64,000 nt of DNA from a virus. The stretch is from positions 88,108 to 152,107 of the IMG/VR virus record IMGVR_UViG_3300029044_000314, one strand, 5' to 3'. Under the pieces are notes generated by a model, which ran no database searches, was not told the DNA's origin, and saw nothing but the letters and a program-made list of their open reading frames with translations. A program made the translations under genes and the position numbers. Position 1 is the first letter of the stretch. Every line of letters starts with the position of its first letter. Shown one piece after another: positions 1 through 9,044 of this stretch.

Positions 1-215
1 ACATTTTCAGCAGCCCAATTCTTTGAGCGTCCTCCGCGATGAAGTCCGTATCCCAATCCTCCCATTCGGGAAGATTATCGAAATCGGTTGCGTCTAGGAT
101 TGTCCGGGCATCGATGATAATGGTTTCGACTTCCATGTAGTTGTCATGTATCCACTGTTCAAGACGGATGGGAATGTTAATGGGAGTGTTCGCGTCCATT
201 TGTACGACCCCTATC

Positions 216-479
216 TCAATTGAAGAATGCCAATGCCCGATGTTCGACATGCATTGACATGTCGTATCTGTCTTCCAGTTCTTCGATGTTTTCCTCGTCG
301 GAAAGTACCGGGTCGTACATGTTACAAGCGCCATCGCCGGATACAACGACCTTGGCGACTGAAATCGCGCGGAGGTCGGCCAACCAGTATTCATTGTTCG
401 GATTGCCGTCCACGATGGGGCGTTCGCGTACTTCCTTGGGTAGGTTCTTTAATTGTTCGATGAGTTCGTTGACGGTCAT
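216..479 (-). CDS. hypothetical small protein
   Basis: 87-aa ORF; reverse-orientation copy of the conserved 23-bp motif lies about 25 nt upstream of its start. Confidence 0.45.
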   Translation of the reverse strand: MTVNELIEQLKNLPKEVRERPIVDGNPNNEYWLADLRAISVAKVVVSGDGACNMYDPVLSDEENIEELEDRYDMSMHVEHRALAFFN

Positions 480-501
480 TTGGTTTTCTCCTTTGGGTCT
501 A

Positions 502-524
502 TATGTGTGAACAGTTCCACTGTA
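502..524 (-). promoter_or_regulatory. conserved 23-bp promoter-like motif (reverse-strand copy)
   Basis: tatgtgtgaacagttccactgta is the reverse complement of the TATACTGGAATTGTTCACACAAA family; immediately upstream of the 216..479 start. Confidence 0.5.
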
Positions 525-543
525 ACTCAGTTTGTTGAATATG

Positions 544-801
544 TCAATCAGGCCGAACCATTTGGAAAGAAACCGGATACACGTTCACGCGGGCGCAGTC
601 CTCAAAAAGCCCTTTTTCGATAGCGCGACCAATGAGAGTGGATGCAAGCGTCCTCAACAGTTCCCAACGTTCCCCTGTTCCCGGCAACGCGTCGGCGTGC
701 AGGTAGAGCCGGAGCAGGTCGGCCAGCTCGTGGCAGAGGTCGTCACGGTATACGATACGTTTCGCTCCGTTGTTGAGAGTGATGAGGACTTTTTGGTTCA
801 T
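544..801 (-). CDS. hypothetical small protein
   Basis: 85-aa ORF; motif copy at 821-843 about 20 nt upstream of the start. Confidence 0.45.
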   Translation of the reverse strand: MNQKVLITLNNGAKRIVYRDDLCHELADLLRLYLHADALPGTGERWELLRTLASTLIGRAIEKGLFEDCARVNVYPVSFQMVRPD

Positions 802-820
802 GGTCTTCCTTCGAATCTGT

Positions 821-843
821 TTTATGTGAACAGTTCCACTATA
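821..843 (-). promoter_or_regulatory. conserved 23-bp promoter-like motif (reverse-strand copy)
   Basis: tttatgtgaacagttccactata is the reverse complement of the motif family, 3 mismatches. Confidence 0.5.
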
Positions 844-873
844 ACATAGACAGACGCAAAGAAAACCAAATAC

Positions 874-1158
874 TCAGCGGGCCGCGCTCCAAGCCCTCTC
901 CCGCTCATCCTCCAAACGGTCATACTTCCGATTCTCCTCATCGCACACCTTCCGATGCGTGTCGGCGGCAATAACATCTATAGAACGGTTGAAGGAGTGC
1001 AACAGCGCGCTCAAATACTCCAGATGCCGTGCGGGGCCGTACTTGTATCCGTTGCCCACATCATGTAGTTTCCTATCCACATATGCGAGGGAGCCGAGCA
1101 TGGTGATGATGGACGCCAGCCCGGTCAAAGCCAATAGGTTCTTTAGGAAGCCTTTCAC
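874..1158 (-). CDS. hypothetical protein, C-terminal hydrophobic segment
   Basis: 94-aa ORF; TM-like stretch LLALTGLASIITMLGSLAYV. Confidence 0.35.
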   Translation of the reverse strand: MKGFLKNLLALTGLASIITMLGSLAYVDRKLHDVGNGYKYGPARHLEYLSALLHSFNRSIDVIAADTHRKVCDEENRKYDRLEDERERAWSAAR

Positions 1159-1273
1159 GTTTCCACCTTTCGAGTCTTTCCTTTCCTAGATTAGTCGGCT
1201 GGAACACTGTCCCATACTTGATGCGGGAAACAAAAAAGGGACGGCATCAAGCCGTCCCCGTCAAGGGAAAAAG

Positions 1274-1477
1274 TCAGATGACCACTACCGTGAGAACCGC
1301 TACGATGGTCAGGATGACCACAGCCCATCTCATGTTCGGCCTTTCGCAGAATTCTCCCAACGGAGTATACGTGCCGACCAGTTCCTCGACGGCGGGGATG
1401 AGGAACATGAGCAGTAGGATGATGGCTCCAATAGCAATCGCCACAAGCACGTTCTGTTGAGTCAGCCAGCCCAGCAT
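1274..1477 (-). CDS. small membrane protein (2 TM)
   Basis: Internal ATG at 1475-1477 lies 1 nt after the stop of the upstream gene (1479-1481); product MLGWLTQQNVLVAIAIGAIILLLMFLIP... is hydrophobic. Confidence 0.4.
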   Translation of the reverse strand: MLGWLTQQNVLVAIAIGAIILLLMFLIPAVEELVGTYTPLGEFCERPNMRWAVVILTIVAVLTVVVI

Positions 1478-1478
1478 G

Positions 1479-1922
1479 TCAAGCCGCCTTGTCGAGCTTG
1501 GACAGGAGTTCCGTTCCCGCAGGAAGCAGGGTGAGGGTTCCGGAGGCGATGTCAAGTCGGACAAGCCGGTCGGTCAACAGTTCGACGGCGGCGTTTTCGA
1601 AACCGGTCTTGTATGCGTTGGCCGTTCCCTGTCCGGCTTGGCGGAGCAGCGTTTCGCTGTTGCGCTCGTATAGTCGGATTGGACGGTCTGCCTCGCCTTG
1701 GGCGAGCGTGGATACGAGGCGCATGCCATCCTTGGTGAGGGACGGGGCTGATTGCCCGTTACGTCGGATGAGTCCGGCATCCAGCAGTCGTCTGCCGATG
1801 TTGCTTTTGAGAATGTCGGCGGTCAACCTTCCATTTTCGATGTTGTAGAGGATTCTGGTCTCACCTTCGCTGATACCGGCCATGAGGACACGGAAACGTT
1901 GGGTGGAGGATTCTTCGTCCAA
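1479..1922 (-). CDS. hypothetical protein
   Basis: 147-aa ORF, translationally coupled to the downstream small membrane gene. Confidence 0.45.
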   Translation of the reverse strand: MDEESSTQRFRVLMAGISEGETRILYNIENGRLTADILKSNIGRRLLDAGLIRRNGQSAPSLTKDGMRLVSTLAQGEADRPIRLYERNSETLLRQAGQGTANAYKTGFENAAVELLTDRLVRLDIASGTLTLLPAGTELLSKLDKAA

Positions 1923-1959
1923 TGCTGCTCCTTTCAGAGGTTTTGGGGTTTTTCTAAGC

Positions 1960-2277
1960 TCAGAGGATGTTGACGGGAGTGTCGTTCAGACAGTCCCAGT
2001 ATTCGAGTAGCGCCACCGGCGATAGTTCTTTGAAGGTTCTGACCACGCCGTCATGCATGGTTTTCGCTTGCCAGTATTCCTCGCTGGACGATTCGGGATT
2101 GTCCATCATTTTGGTGGAGTATTTTTCCATTTCCAACAGGTCGAGTCTGCGTATGAGTGCTACACCGTTCTCTTCCAGCCCGATGTTTTTCGCCACCCAG
2201 TCCCGGAGCATCCAGCAATTGTCGGAGAACATGTGGATTCGTCCACTACGAGCGTCCCGTAGCATCTGATAGTTCAC
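1960..2277 (-). CDS. hypothetical protein
   Basis: 105-aa ORF; start overlaps the stop of 2274..3113 (ATGA). Confidence 0.4.
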   Translation of the reverse strand: MNYQMLRDARSGRIHMFSDNCWMLRDWVAKNIGLEENGVALIRRLDLLEMEKYSTKMMDNPESSSEEYWQAKTMHDGVVRTFKELSPVALLEYWDCLNDTPVNIL

Positions 2278-3113
2278 AGTACACCGCCGTCCTCATAGCC
2301 GACGGTGTACTTTCCTGCGGTACCGTGCAGTCCGCAGTTAATCTGCAATCCGTCCAAGATGACCATGCGGTGTGGGGAGAGTTGCACGTCTTCGCGTAGG
2401 TTTTCCAAACGCATGCCTGACGTCAGTTTTATTAACGTTTGACGGTAGGCTCCGTCCAGTTGGCTCCAATATTTGAGATGCGAGTCTTTCAACTGTCGGA
2501 ATAGAAGGAGAGCATGAACGTATTGGCCTGTCCAATCCACTTCGTGCATGAGCCGTTCCAACCGGTTCAGTTGGATGGTCACGTCTTCGGGATTGTTCGC
2601 TTGGAACAGTGGCCCGTACTCATCCAATGCCTCACGTAGTTCCTGCTGTCGCATATCCCGGATTGGGGTTCCTCCGAATTGCGGACTGTTGGCGAGCCAT
2701 ACTGCCAAATCCCATGTTTCAGCCGCGTTCGCGTCGATGTTCGGATACGCGCAGTCACGGAGCGTTGTCCAGCTGGCGCTTACCTTGACGAGTCCTCGGA
2801 TTCCGGACACGAAGTTCAGGATGGACAGGAACAGGAAGATGATTTTCCATCCTCCCGTCAGGGAGTTCGAATATGCGAGAAGCCATACCACCACCAGTAG
2901 TCCGAGCGCGTACACCACGACCTGTGGGAGGACTCCCCTACGGAAGATGGTCTGCAAGACTGCTTCCCGGTCTCCGTTGGAGTATAGGCAGTTTTTGTTC
3001 ACGGTGTTGTTCTGATATTCCAAGTATTCAGGCTTTCGACGCTTTGACGTATTTCTTTTTCTTGAATCGTTCATCGACCCGGATGACCCAGCCGGTGTCG
3101 CTGGTTCCGGCAA
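2274..3113 (-). CDS. membrane-anchored hypothetical protein
   Basis: 279 aa; basic N-terminus, two TM helices (residues ~65-115), soluble C-terminal domain. Confidence 0.45.
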   Translation of the reverse strand: MPEPATPAGSSGSMNDSRKRNTSKRRKPEYLEYQNNTVNKNCLYSNGDREAVLQTIFRRGVLPQVVVYALGLLVVVWLLAYSNSLTGGWKIIFLFLSILNFVSGIRGLVKVSASWTTLRDCAYPNIDANAAETWDLAVWLANSPQFGGTPIRDMRQQELREALDEYGPLFQANNPEDVTIQLNRLERLMHEVDWTGQYVHALLLFRQLKDSHLKYWSQLDGAYRQTLIKLTSGMRLENLREDVQLSPHRMVILDGLQINCGLHGTAGKYTVGYEDGGVL

Positions 3114-3360
3114 TCTGGTAGCGGACTCTTCGTTGGATTTTCAGTGGCCGCAGATATTTGTTGAGTCGGAGTTGTCCGACGGTGGGCGGGTCTCCTAGGA
3201 TGTGGGGGATTCTTTGTGTTCCGTCGTTTGTGTTGAAGTAAAGCAGGATTGGCGTCTCGTCCTTGCAGGAGTCAAGGAACCCTCCTACGGTGTCAAGGTC
3301 TTTGCGTGGACGGGAACGTTCTTGGGTTTGACTGTCCGTGATGTCCGTTTCGGTGTTCAA
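3028..3360 (-). CDS. hypothetical small protein (probable TTG start)
   Basis: The ATG-extended ORF would swallow the upstream motif copy (3376-3397); an in-frame TTG at 3358-3360 preceded by AAGGAAGG fits the motif/RBS spacing seen elsewhere. Confidence 0.3.
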   Translation of the reverse strand: MNTETDITDSQTQERSRPRKDLDTVGGFLDSCKDETPILLYFNTNDGTQRIPHILGDPPTVGQLRLNKYLRPLKIQRRVRYQIAGTSDTGWVIRVDERFKKKKYVKASKA

Positions 3361-3375
3361 AAAGGAACCTTCCTT

Positions 3376-3397
3376 GTTTGTGACTGGTTCCACTATA
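3376..3397 (-). promoter_or_regulatory. degenerate copy of the 23-bp motif (reverse)
   Basis: tttgtgactggttccactataa. Confidence 0.35.
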
Positions 3398-3442
3398 ACG
3401 TAGTTTTTCGCAAACAAGGAAGGTTGCAGGAAAAATTCTTTC

Positions 3443-3814
3443 TCAGGCGAGCTTCGAATCGTAATCGTCGATGGGCTGGGTGAGCGTTTTGCCTTCCCTG
3501 ACCATTTTTTCTATGTCCTCGTAGTCGTCACAAGCCGCCCACAGTCCGAGGTCAGGGTTGAGATGATACATGGTTCCAGATTTCACACCTTCGTCAACAT
3601 AGAGTCCGTGACTGCAAGTGTTGTTGACGTTGGTGGGCTGTGGGTCTTGCTCGTAGTCATCGATGTTCCACGGGTCGCCTTCGGGCAACAGCACGTAGTC
3701 TCCGATGCCGTCGTGAATATCCCGTAGGCGCTGTTCCTGTTCGTCTTGGAGGTCTTGTTCCCTGTCGAGCATGAGGTTGATTTGATGTTCGATGCTGTTG
3801 AAGTAGTTGCTCAT
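3443..3814 (-). CDS. acidic hypothetical protein
   Basis: 123 aa, D/E-rich; motif copy at 3844-3866 about 30 nt upstream. Confidence 0.45.
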   Translation of the reverse strand: MSNYFNSIEHQINLMLDREQDLQDEQEQRLRDIHDGIGDYVLLPEGDPWNIDDYEQDPQPTNVNNTCSHGLYVDEGVKSGTMYHLNPDLGLWAACDDYEDIEKMVREGKTLTQPIDDYDSKLA

Positions 3815-3843
3815 GTTTTTCTCCTTGGCTGGCTTTTTCTGTT

Positions 3844-3866
3844 ATTGTGTGAACGCTTCTAGTATA
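3844..3866 (-). promoter_or_regulatory. conserved 23-bp promoter-like motif (reverse-strand copy)
   Basis: attgtgtgaacgcttctagtata. Confidence 0.5.
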
Positions 3867-4246
3867 ACATCATTCTCTTCTCAAATCGCCACAATGTCGA
3901 TTAGAAAAGAAAATGGTTCCGCCACCCAAAAAAAGAATCCACACACGGGTGGCGGAACCCGAAACACACTCCCCGTGAGGAGCGTTCCACAGAGACCGGG
4001 AAAGAAACCAGATGGTGGAAGATATACCACGAAAACCCGGTCTCAACTGTTACAGTAAACGACCTCGAACATTCATCTGGTGAAAAACCGGAAAAACAGG
4101 AAAAATTTTCCCAACAAGGGGTTTAACGGGTGTTTTCTCTTCTAGATGAACCCTTATCTCTCGCGCAAAAAGACGACCCGCCGCCCTCATATGGAATCTC
4201 TATAACCATAGATTACAGGCGACGGGTCTCATGGAGAAACCGGCTA

Positions 4247-5272
4247 TCAGTTCCCGTCGGCCACGCATTGCGTGAGGAACGACTTCGTTTCGGCTTTTTC
4301 CCAACTGCTCATGGACAGTTTGTACTTGTCTTTGATGTACACGCGTTTAGCCATATACGAGCATTGGTACGTCTTGTTGGACGGGAGCCAAATGCTGGGC
4401 GTTGCGTCCTTCCACTTGGTCGAGGAACCGTTCAACGCCTCGTCCTTAACAAGGTTCACGCCCTGCTGTTTGATGTTGTTCGCTTCTCCTTCGGACGCGA
4501 CGAGCACTTCCGGGTCGTTCGCATAGGTGATGCGGTCGCCCTTGCGCGAGTCCTTCCACAGTCCGCTGGCCCAAGCGTCGTTGACAGCCACCACATGGTC
4601 GATTTGGACGGCCATGCTGTCTCCGCCTGTTTTCTTCTGTTTGCCGTTGACGGTCTCGTAGGTGTCGCGCTGGAATTTGATGGCATTGCCTGTATATGGG
4701 TCTTGGAGGGTGCCGGTGAGCACCTTGCAGTTCTTGTCCATGGTCACGTCGGTCATGTCGCGTTTGAGGATGTAGTCGCGGGTGGTGCCGTATCCGCAGA
4801 GCTGGTTGCTGTTCTGCCATGTGCCGAAGTCGGTTTTGCGATTGTATCCTTTGGTGTGCGGGGTTGCGGTTTCGATGTCAGCGAGTTTGTCAAGCGCCTG
4901 TTTCGTGCTGATAGGGCTTAAAGCACCTTCAGGAACGCTTGTGGAGGCTTTTTGTGCTTGACTTGAGGAATTGTCCCCATTTTGTGTCTGCGTCGTTTCT
5001 GAGGGCGTTTCTGCGGCTTCTGGAGTATTGGTTTGCGAATTGGAGCCGGACGACTTCAAGGAAGGCTCCTTCAACCCTAATTTCACATCCGGCTTCACCT
5101 TGGAATCCTCACCCGGCATCAACTGGGATAGACTGTTGATTTCCGGCAATCCGAAAATCTTCGACATGGGAGTCCACAATCCAAGATTCACGATGAGCAC
5201 CATGGCCGTCAACACGACCAGAATGCCGCCAAGCAGGGAACCGGCGGACATTCCGCCTTTCTTCTTAGCCAT
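4247..5272 (-). CDS. membrane-anchored secreted HNH/His-Me-finger nuclease (DUF1524-like)
   Basis: N-terminal TM anchor, S/T/Q-rich linker, C-terminal domain with VQIDHVVAVNDAWASG...WLPSN...YMAKRVYIKDKY typical of the actinobacterial DUF1524 (GmrSD C-terminal-like) family. Confidence 0.55.
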   Translation of the reverse strand: MAKKKGGMSAGSLLGGILVVLTAMVLIVNLGLWTPMSKIFGLPEINSLSQLMPGEDSKVKPDVKLGLKEPSLKSSGSNSQTNTPEAAETPSETTQTQNGDNSSSQAQKASTSVPEGALSPISTKQALDKLADIETATPHTKGYNRKTDFGTWQNSNQLCGYGTTRDYILKRDMTDVTMDKNCKVLTGTLQDPYTGNAIKFQRDTYETVNGKQKKTGGDSMAVQIDHVVAVNDAWASGLWKDSRKGDRITYANDPEVLVASEGEANNIKQQGVNLVKDEALNGSSTKWKDATPSIWLPSNKTYQCSYMAKRVYIKDKYKLSMSSWEKAETKSFLTQCVADGN

Positions 5273-5447
5273 AGGAAACCTCCAAAAAATCTCATCACAG
5301 GTTCAAGATGATGCTGATGACGAGACACACGATGAACGCGATGGCGATAATCGCACCGGTCAACGGGCCATTGCTGTTGATGAACTCAGCGAACTTGTCA
5401 CCCTCACTGGGCTTGTTATGTCCTGTCAATTTAGTTTTCCTTTCGGA

Positions 5448-6728
5448 TTAGTCGTTCGGCCCCTCATTGGGGTCGCCGGTTACGGAACCGTCATCGGAAT
5501 TCTGGGATGAACTACTGCCGTTGTTGTCGGACGAATCCGAATCGGAGGAGTCGGAATCGTCATTGTCGGAACCGTCATCACCGGAACCGCTATCGGAATC
5601 CGATGAACTGGAATCGGAAGAATCATCATCGTCATCACTGCTGGAAGAGCCAATCAGCGAACGGTCGATGGCATTGCTGAACGCCTTCAACGTGGTCAGA
5701 CTGCCTTCGGCACCCCAGTCAACGATTTTCGCGCTACCACGGGTCGGATTATGGATGAGGACGGTGACGCTCGTCTCCACGTCGCTCGTTGAACCAGTGT
5801 CCGCGTTCGGGTCGTTGGCCGTGCTTGCATCAACCTTCTTCTCGTAGGGTTTGAACGAGATGCTGACGCTCGCCGCCGCCCATTCGGGATTGTCGGACTT
5901 GTTCTGCTTGTCAACGGTCTTGCCGTCCTTGGTGCATTGCACAAGCCAGTCGAGGGACGAGTTCAGATAAGAACCCAAGCTTGCGGGTTGATACATGTGG
6001 TCGCTGTTCGGGTCTCCGACAAGAACCGTCAAAGCGTTGGAGTCTTTGCCGATGTATGCTTTAGACCAAGCGCTGACCACGTTTGTCAGGCTCGTGTTCT
6101 GGTCAAGCTGAATGTAATCGTCGGGACGGTACGTGTCCGTATTGCTGTTCGAAGTGACGGTCTTTGGAAGCACGGTCGGCGTTCCCACCGCAGTAGCCAC
6201 ACCATCGGTGACGGCGACAAGCTGGGTGATATCCCTCGTACTTCCATCCGACTTATCGGTGAGGGACATCTGATGACTCCAATACTGGGTGGTGGAACCG
6301 TTGGAATCGTCCGAAGTGGATGTGCTGACCTCGGTGGCACCATTCCACCATAGGTTCGCATACCCGTATTGGAAAGCGCCCTTGTCATCATCCAGCCAAC
6401 TGTACACGGCTTGCAATGCGACCTGCTTGCCGGGCTTGTCGCCGCTGATTTCCTTGTACTTCTCCGTCAGGTAGGAACCCATTTCGTTCAACGTGTTGAT
6501 TGCGCGGACGGAAATCATCGGGGCGACCAGACCGGTGCAGATGAACAGGATGATGAGAACCTTCCACTTCTGGGTGTTCTTCAACGCCTTCTTCCACGCG
6601 GTGAGTTCTATCTCGTCCTTGCGTTCTTTTTCGTCGGCGAACAGGTCGGTCTCATTGTTCGGGTTCTGCTTCGCCTTCTGCTGTCCCATCGGCTGTTTGC
6701 CGTTCTTGTCTTTCTTGCTTCCGAACAC
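5448..6728 (-). CDS. membrane-anchored protein with Ser/Asp-rich C-terminal tail (possible VirB8/TcpC-like transfer protein)
   Basis: 426 aa; one N-terminal TM; two soluble domains; ~70-aa S/D low-complexity C-terminus; function inferred from context only. Confidence 0.4.
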   Translation of the reverse strand: MFGSKKDKNGKQPMGQQKAKQNPNNETDLFADEKERKDEIELTAWKKALKNTQKWKVLIILFICTGLVAPMISVRAINTLNEMGSYLTEKYKEISGDKPGKQVALQAVYSWLDDDKGAFQYGYANLWWNGATEVSTSTSDDSNGSTTQYWSHQMSLTDKSDGSTRDITQLVAVTDGVATAVGTPTVLPKTVTSNSNTDTYRPDDYIQLDQNTSLTNVVSAWSKAYIGKDSNALTVLVGDPNSDHMYQPASLGSYLNSSLDWLVQCTKDGKTVDKQNKSDNPEWAAASVSISFKPYEKKVDASTANDPNADTGSTSDVETSVTVLIHNPTRGSAKIVDWGAEGSLTTLKAFSNAIDRSLIGSSSSDDDDDSSDSSSSDSDSGSGDDGSDNDDSDSSDSDSSDNNGSSSSQNSDDGSVTGDPNEGPND

Positions 6729-6989
6729 AGTCCCGCTCCGAATCCGTTTTTCGTCTGACTTGCATCCTCCAGTCTACCGTTCATCGGAGGTTGATTTCAC
6801 CGTCTTCGAGGTTTTCAGAAAAGTGTCCGCCGCCGGTGTCGGCTTCTCTGTTTTTCTTTTTCCGGAACTTTTCTTTTTCTCTCTTCCTTCGAAAGCATTC
6901 GGACATGCCTAAACGTTCACGTTGACCTGATTTTTCTAAAAGCATTGAGGATACCCCTAAGCGGGTTTAGACCTGCCCAAACATGGAAT

Positions 6990-7080
6990 CCGAAAAATGG
7001 TTTTATTCTGATTTTTGATTTTTTTGCTTCTTTTTGAAAAAACCTGTTTTTTGAAAAAGAAGGGAATATAAGGGTTATTA
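6990..7080. repeat. AT-rich tract (candidate DNA-unwinding element)
   Basis: Local AT content far above the window background (ttttattctgatttttgatttttttgcttctttttgaaaaaa...), directly next to the direct repeats and the rep gene. Confidence 0.45.
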
Positions 7081-7081
7081 A

Positions 7082-7110
7082 TACCTTTTGTAACCTTTTG
7101 TAACCTTTTG
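7082..7110. repeat. 3x 10-bp direct repeat (taaccttttg)
   Basis: taccttttg taaccttttg taaccttttg; spacing is one helical turn. Confidence 0.6.
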
Positions 7111-7151
7111 CGGCGCTGAAACCCCTTGTGGCAGTAGGACTGAGGGCACTT

Positions 7152-7214
7152 TTTGGTGGGAAAAGTCCACACTTTGGTGGGAAAAGTCCACACTTTGGTG
7201 GGAAAAGTCCACAC
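7152..7214. repeat. 3x 21-bp perfect direct repeats (iterons)
   Basis: tttggtgggaaaagtccacac repeated three times in tandem, about 150 bp from the 3' end of the putative rep gene. Confidence 0.7.
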
Positions 7215-7365
7215 TAGAAAATATGCAAAAATACATGCCGTGAATAAAAAATCAAAATATTTGAAGCCTTTTTTAAATGGCATTTTCTCGAATTGGAACT
7301 TTCGACACAGAAAGTCGGAAGAAGTGGAACCATTTCTTCCATTCCTACTATCGCCCACGCTTCCG

Positions 7366-8355
7366 TCAAAAAGGATTAGCGGCATTCCTTATATCATCTG
7401 TCGATGAATCATTTTGTCCCGAATTGCATGAGACATCCGCTTTGATTACATGTCCGTCGCAGGAACCCGATTCTTCTTTCACAACAACAGCGTCCACAAT
7501 CTTGCCGTTGGAATGAATGGACGAAATGCTCGGATAGACGGTTATGCCATATTCATCAAGACTTGCCTTCAATTCAGGCCATGATTCCTTGACTTTGTTC
7601 AAGGCTGTCGTGAATCGTCTTTTGAATTCTTTGACCGGATAGTCGCCGTCCTCGAACTGAACGGTTAGGTCTTTCCACGGGACTTTCATTCCGCACGAGC
7701 GTAACTTATTTGTTCGGAAAGCCAACCACATGTAAATATCCAAAGCGAGTGCAGAATTAGATATGTTCCTGATAATGGACATTTGAGCAGGAACGGCTTC
7801 CTCTATTAGCAGAGACCACATTTGAGAGGAGAACGTAATATAGGATTCCTTATCCTCGCCGCCAAAATCAATGCATACTTTCTGCGCTACCGGGAAACTC
7901 TCATACATGCCGCTATCATCCGAAACCCAATGTTCCAATGTTATATGGGTGCAAGCAAGATTCTTGATTGACTCAAGGAGAAGACGTTTGCTTTTCCCAC
8001 CAGTGGAAGCACCCATCGCTTCACACATGGCACGATAGCTTCCTCCAAGGTTCACAGTCATGCTTTCGAAATCGACCCGAGAGTCTTTGTTTTTAATCAA
8101 AGTACGAATGTAAAGAAGAAACAATCGGGGCACAGAACCATACGACCACTTACCTTCAGTCGGAGTGATGATGATTGCGGAACGCCCGTTGGTCTTCTTG
8201 ATGTAATTCACGTCAGGTTTGCGTGCGGGAAAGAAACTGAGCTGGGACATCACGGAGGGAGCATACCGATAACTGTCACTGTCGATAGGTCTGATAGAAT
8301 TACCCATGTAACCACTTTCCTTAAGCCTCTGGTTGCCCTGCCCCGGCTGTTCCAC
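7366..8355 (-). CDS. rep: plasmid replication initiator protein (iteron-type Rep, winged-helix)
   Basis: 329 aa; adjacent iterons and AT-rich tract; sequence has the general character of RepA/Rep_3-type initiators; a partition pair lies directly upstream. Confidence 0.5.
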   Translation of the reverse strand: MEQPGQGNQRLKESGYMGNSIRPIDSDSYRYAPSVMSQLSFFPARKPDVNYIKKTNGRSAIIITPTEGKWSYGSVPRLFLLYIRTLIKNKDSRVDFESMTVNLGGSYRAMCEAMGASTGGKSKRLLLESIKNLACTHITLEHWVSDDSGMYESFPVAQKVCIDFGGEDKESYITFSSQMWSLLIEEAVPAQMSIIRNISNSALALDIYMWLAFRTNKLRSCGMKVPWKDLTVQFEDGDYPVKEFKRRFTTALNKVKESWPELKASLDEYGITVYPSISSIHSNGKIVDAVVVKEESGSCDGHVIKADVSCNSGQNDSSTDDIRNAANPF

Positions 8356-8558
8356 CAGCGCGGGGCTTTTGCTTTTCTATCGGCAAGCCTACACCATAAC
8401 CACCTCAGCATATATGTAAAGAACCTTTTTACTGCGGAAACAAAAAAAATCTTCCCGCGTTAGAAAAACCAATGGGGCGTACGCTCTAATATGAGCGCCG
8501 CCCCATCTGGAAGACTCTGGGAGTCTTTTTGTTCATCCGAATATCAGTATACCGGAGC

Positions 8559-9014
8559 CTAATCCTTCTGCTCGTACTTGTCGATGAGCGTCTGGTCGAA
8601 GTGCCCCTGCTGGAAGCAGTAATCCATCGCGGCATTCAACAATACAGCCTGCTTCGTCCCGTATTCGATGCTTCTCATCTTCCACGCACGCCAGTTTTCG
8701 ACGGTGACGTTGCTGCCGATTCTTTTCTCTTTCGGCGGCTGATGCGTTTCGGATGGTGCCGATGTTTCAGGATGGGTTATGTCGGTGATGAGCCGTGCCC
8801 GACGGTCGGCTTCTTCCTCCGTGAGCGTTTGGGCATGCATGTCGGCGGACGTTTGGACTGACTGGTCTGACGGTTCCCGCGTTTCAGGAACGGCCTGTGT
8901 CGGTTCCTGCTCCGTGTTCGGTTCGCTAATGTTTTCCGGTGATTCCAATGGGCGCATGTCACGCTTGTCCTGCATTCCGGTTGCGAAAGCGTTGCGTTTG
9001 ATGTTCTTGACCAT
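8559..9014 (-). CDS. small partition partner / centromere-binding protein (ParB/ParG-like)
   Basis: 151 aa, acidic N-terminal region, C-terminal helix-rich domain; immediately downstream of parA in the same operon. Confidence 0.35.
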   Translation of the reverse strand: MVKNIKRNAFATGMQDKRDMRPLESPENISEPNTEQEPTQAVPETREPSDQSVQTSADMHAQTLTEEEADRRARLITDITHPETSAPSETHQPPKEKRIGSNVTVENWRAWKMRSIEYGTKQAVLLNAAMDYCFQQGHFDQTLIDKYEQKD

Positions 9015-9044
9015 GATTGCCTACTTACTCCCCTGCTCCTGTTT

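Noticed and set aside
1981-2005. Possible further degenerate copy of the 23-bp motif (gttcagacagtcccagtattcg) upstream of 1479..1922
   Set aside because: Too many mismatches and located inside the 3' end of the neighbouring ORF; not counted.
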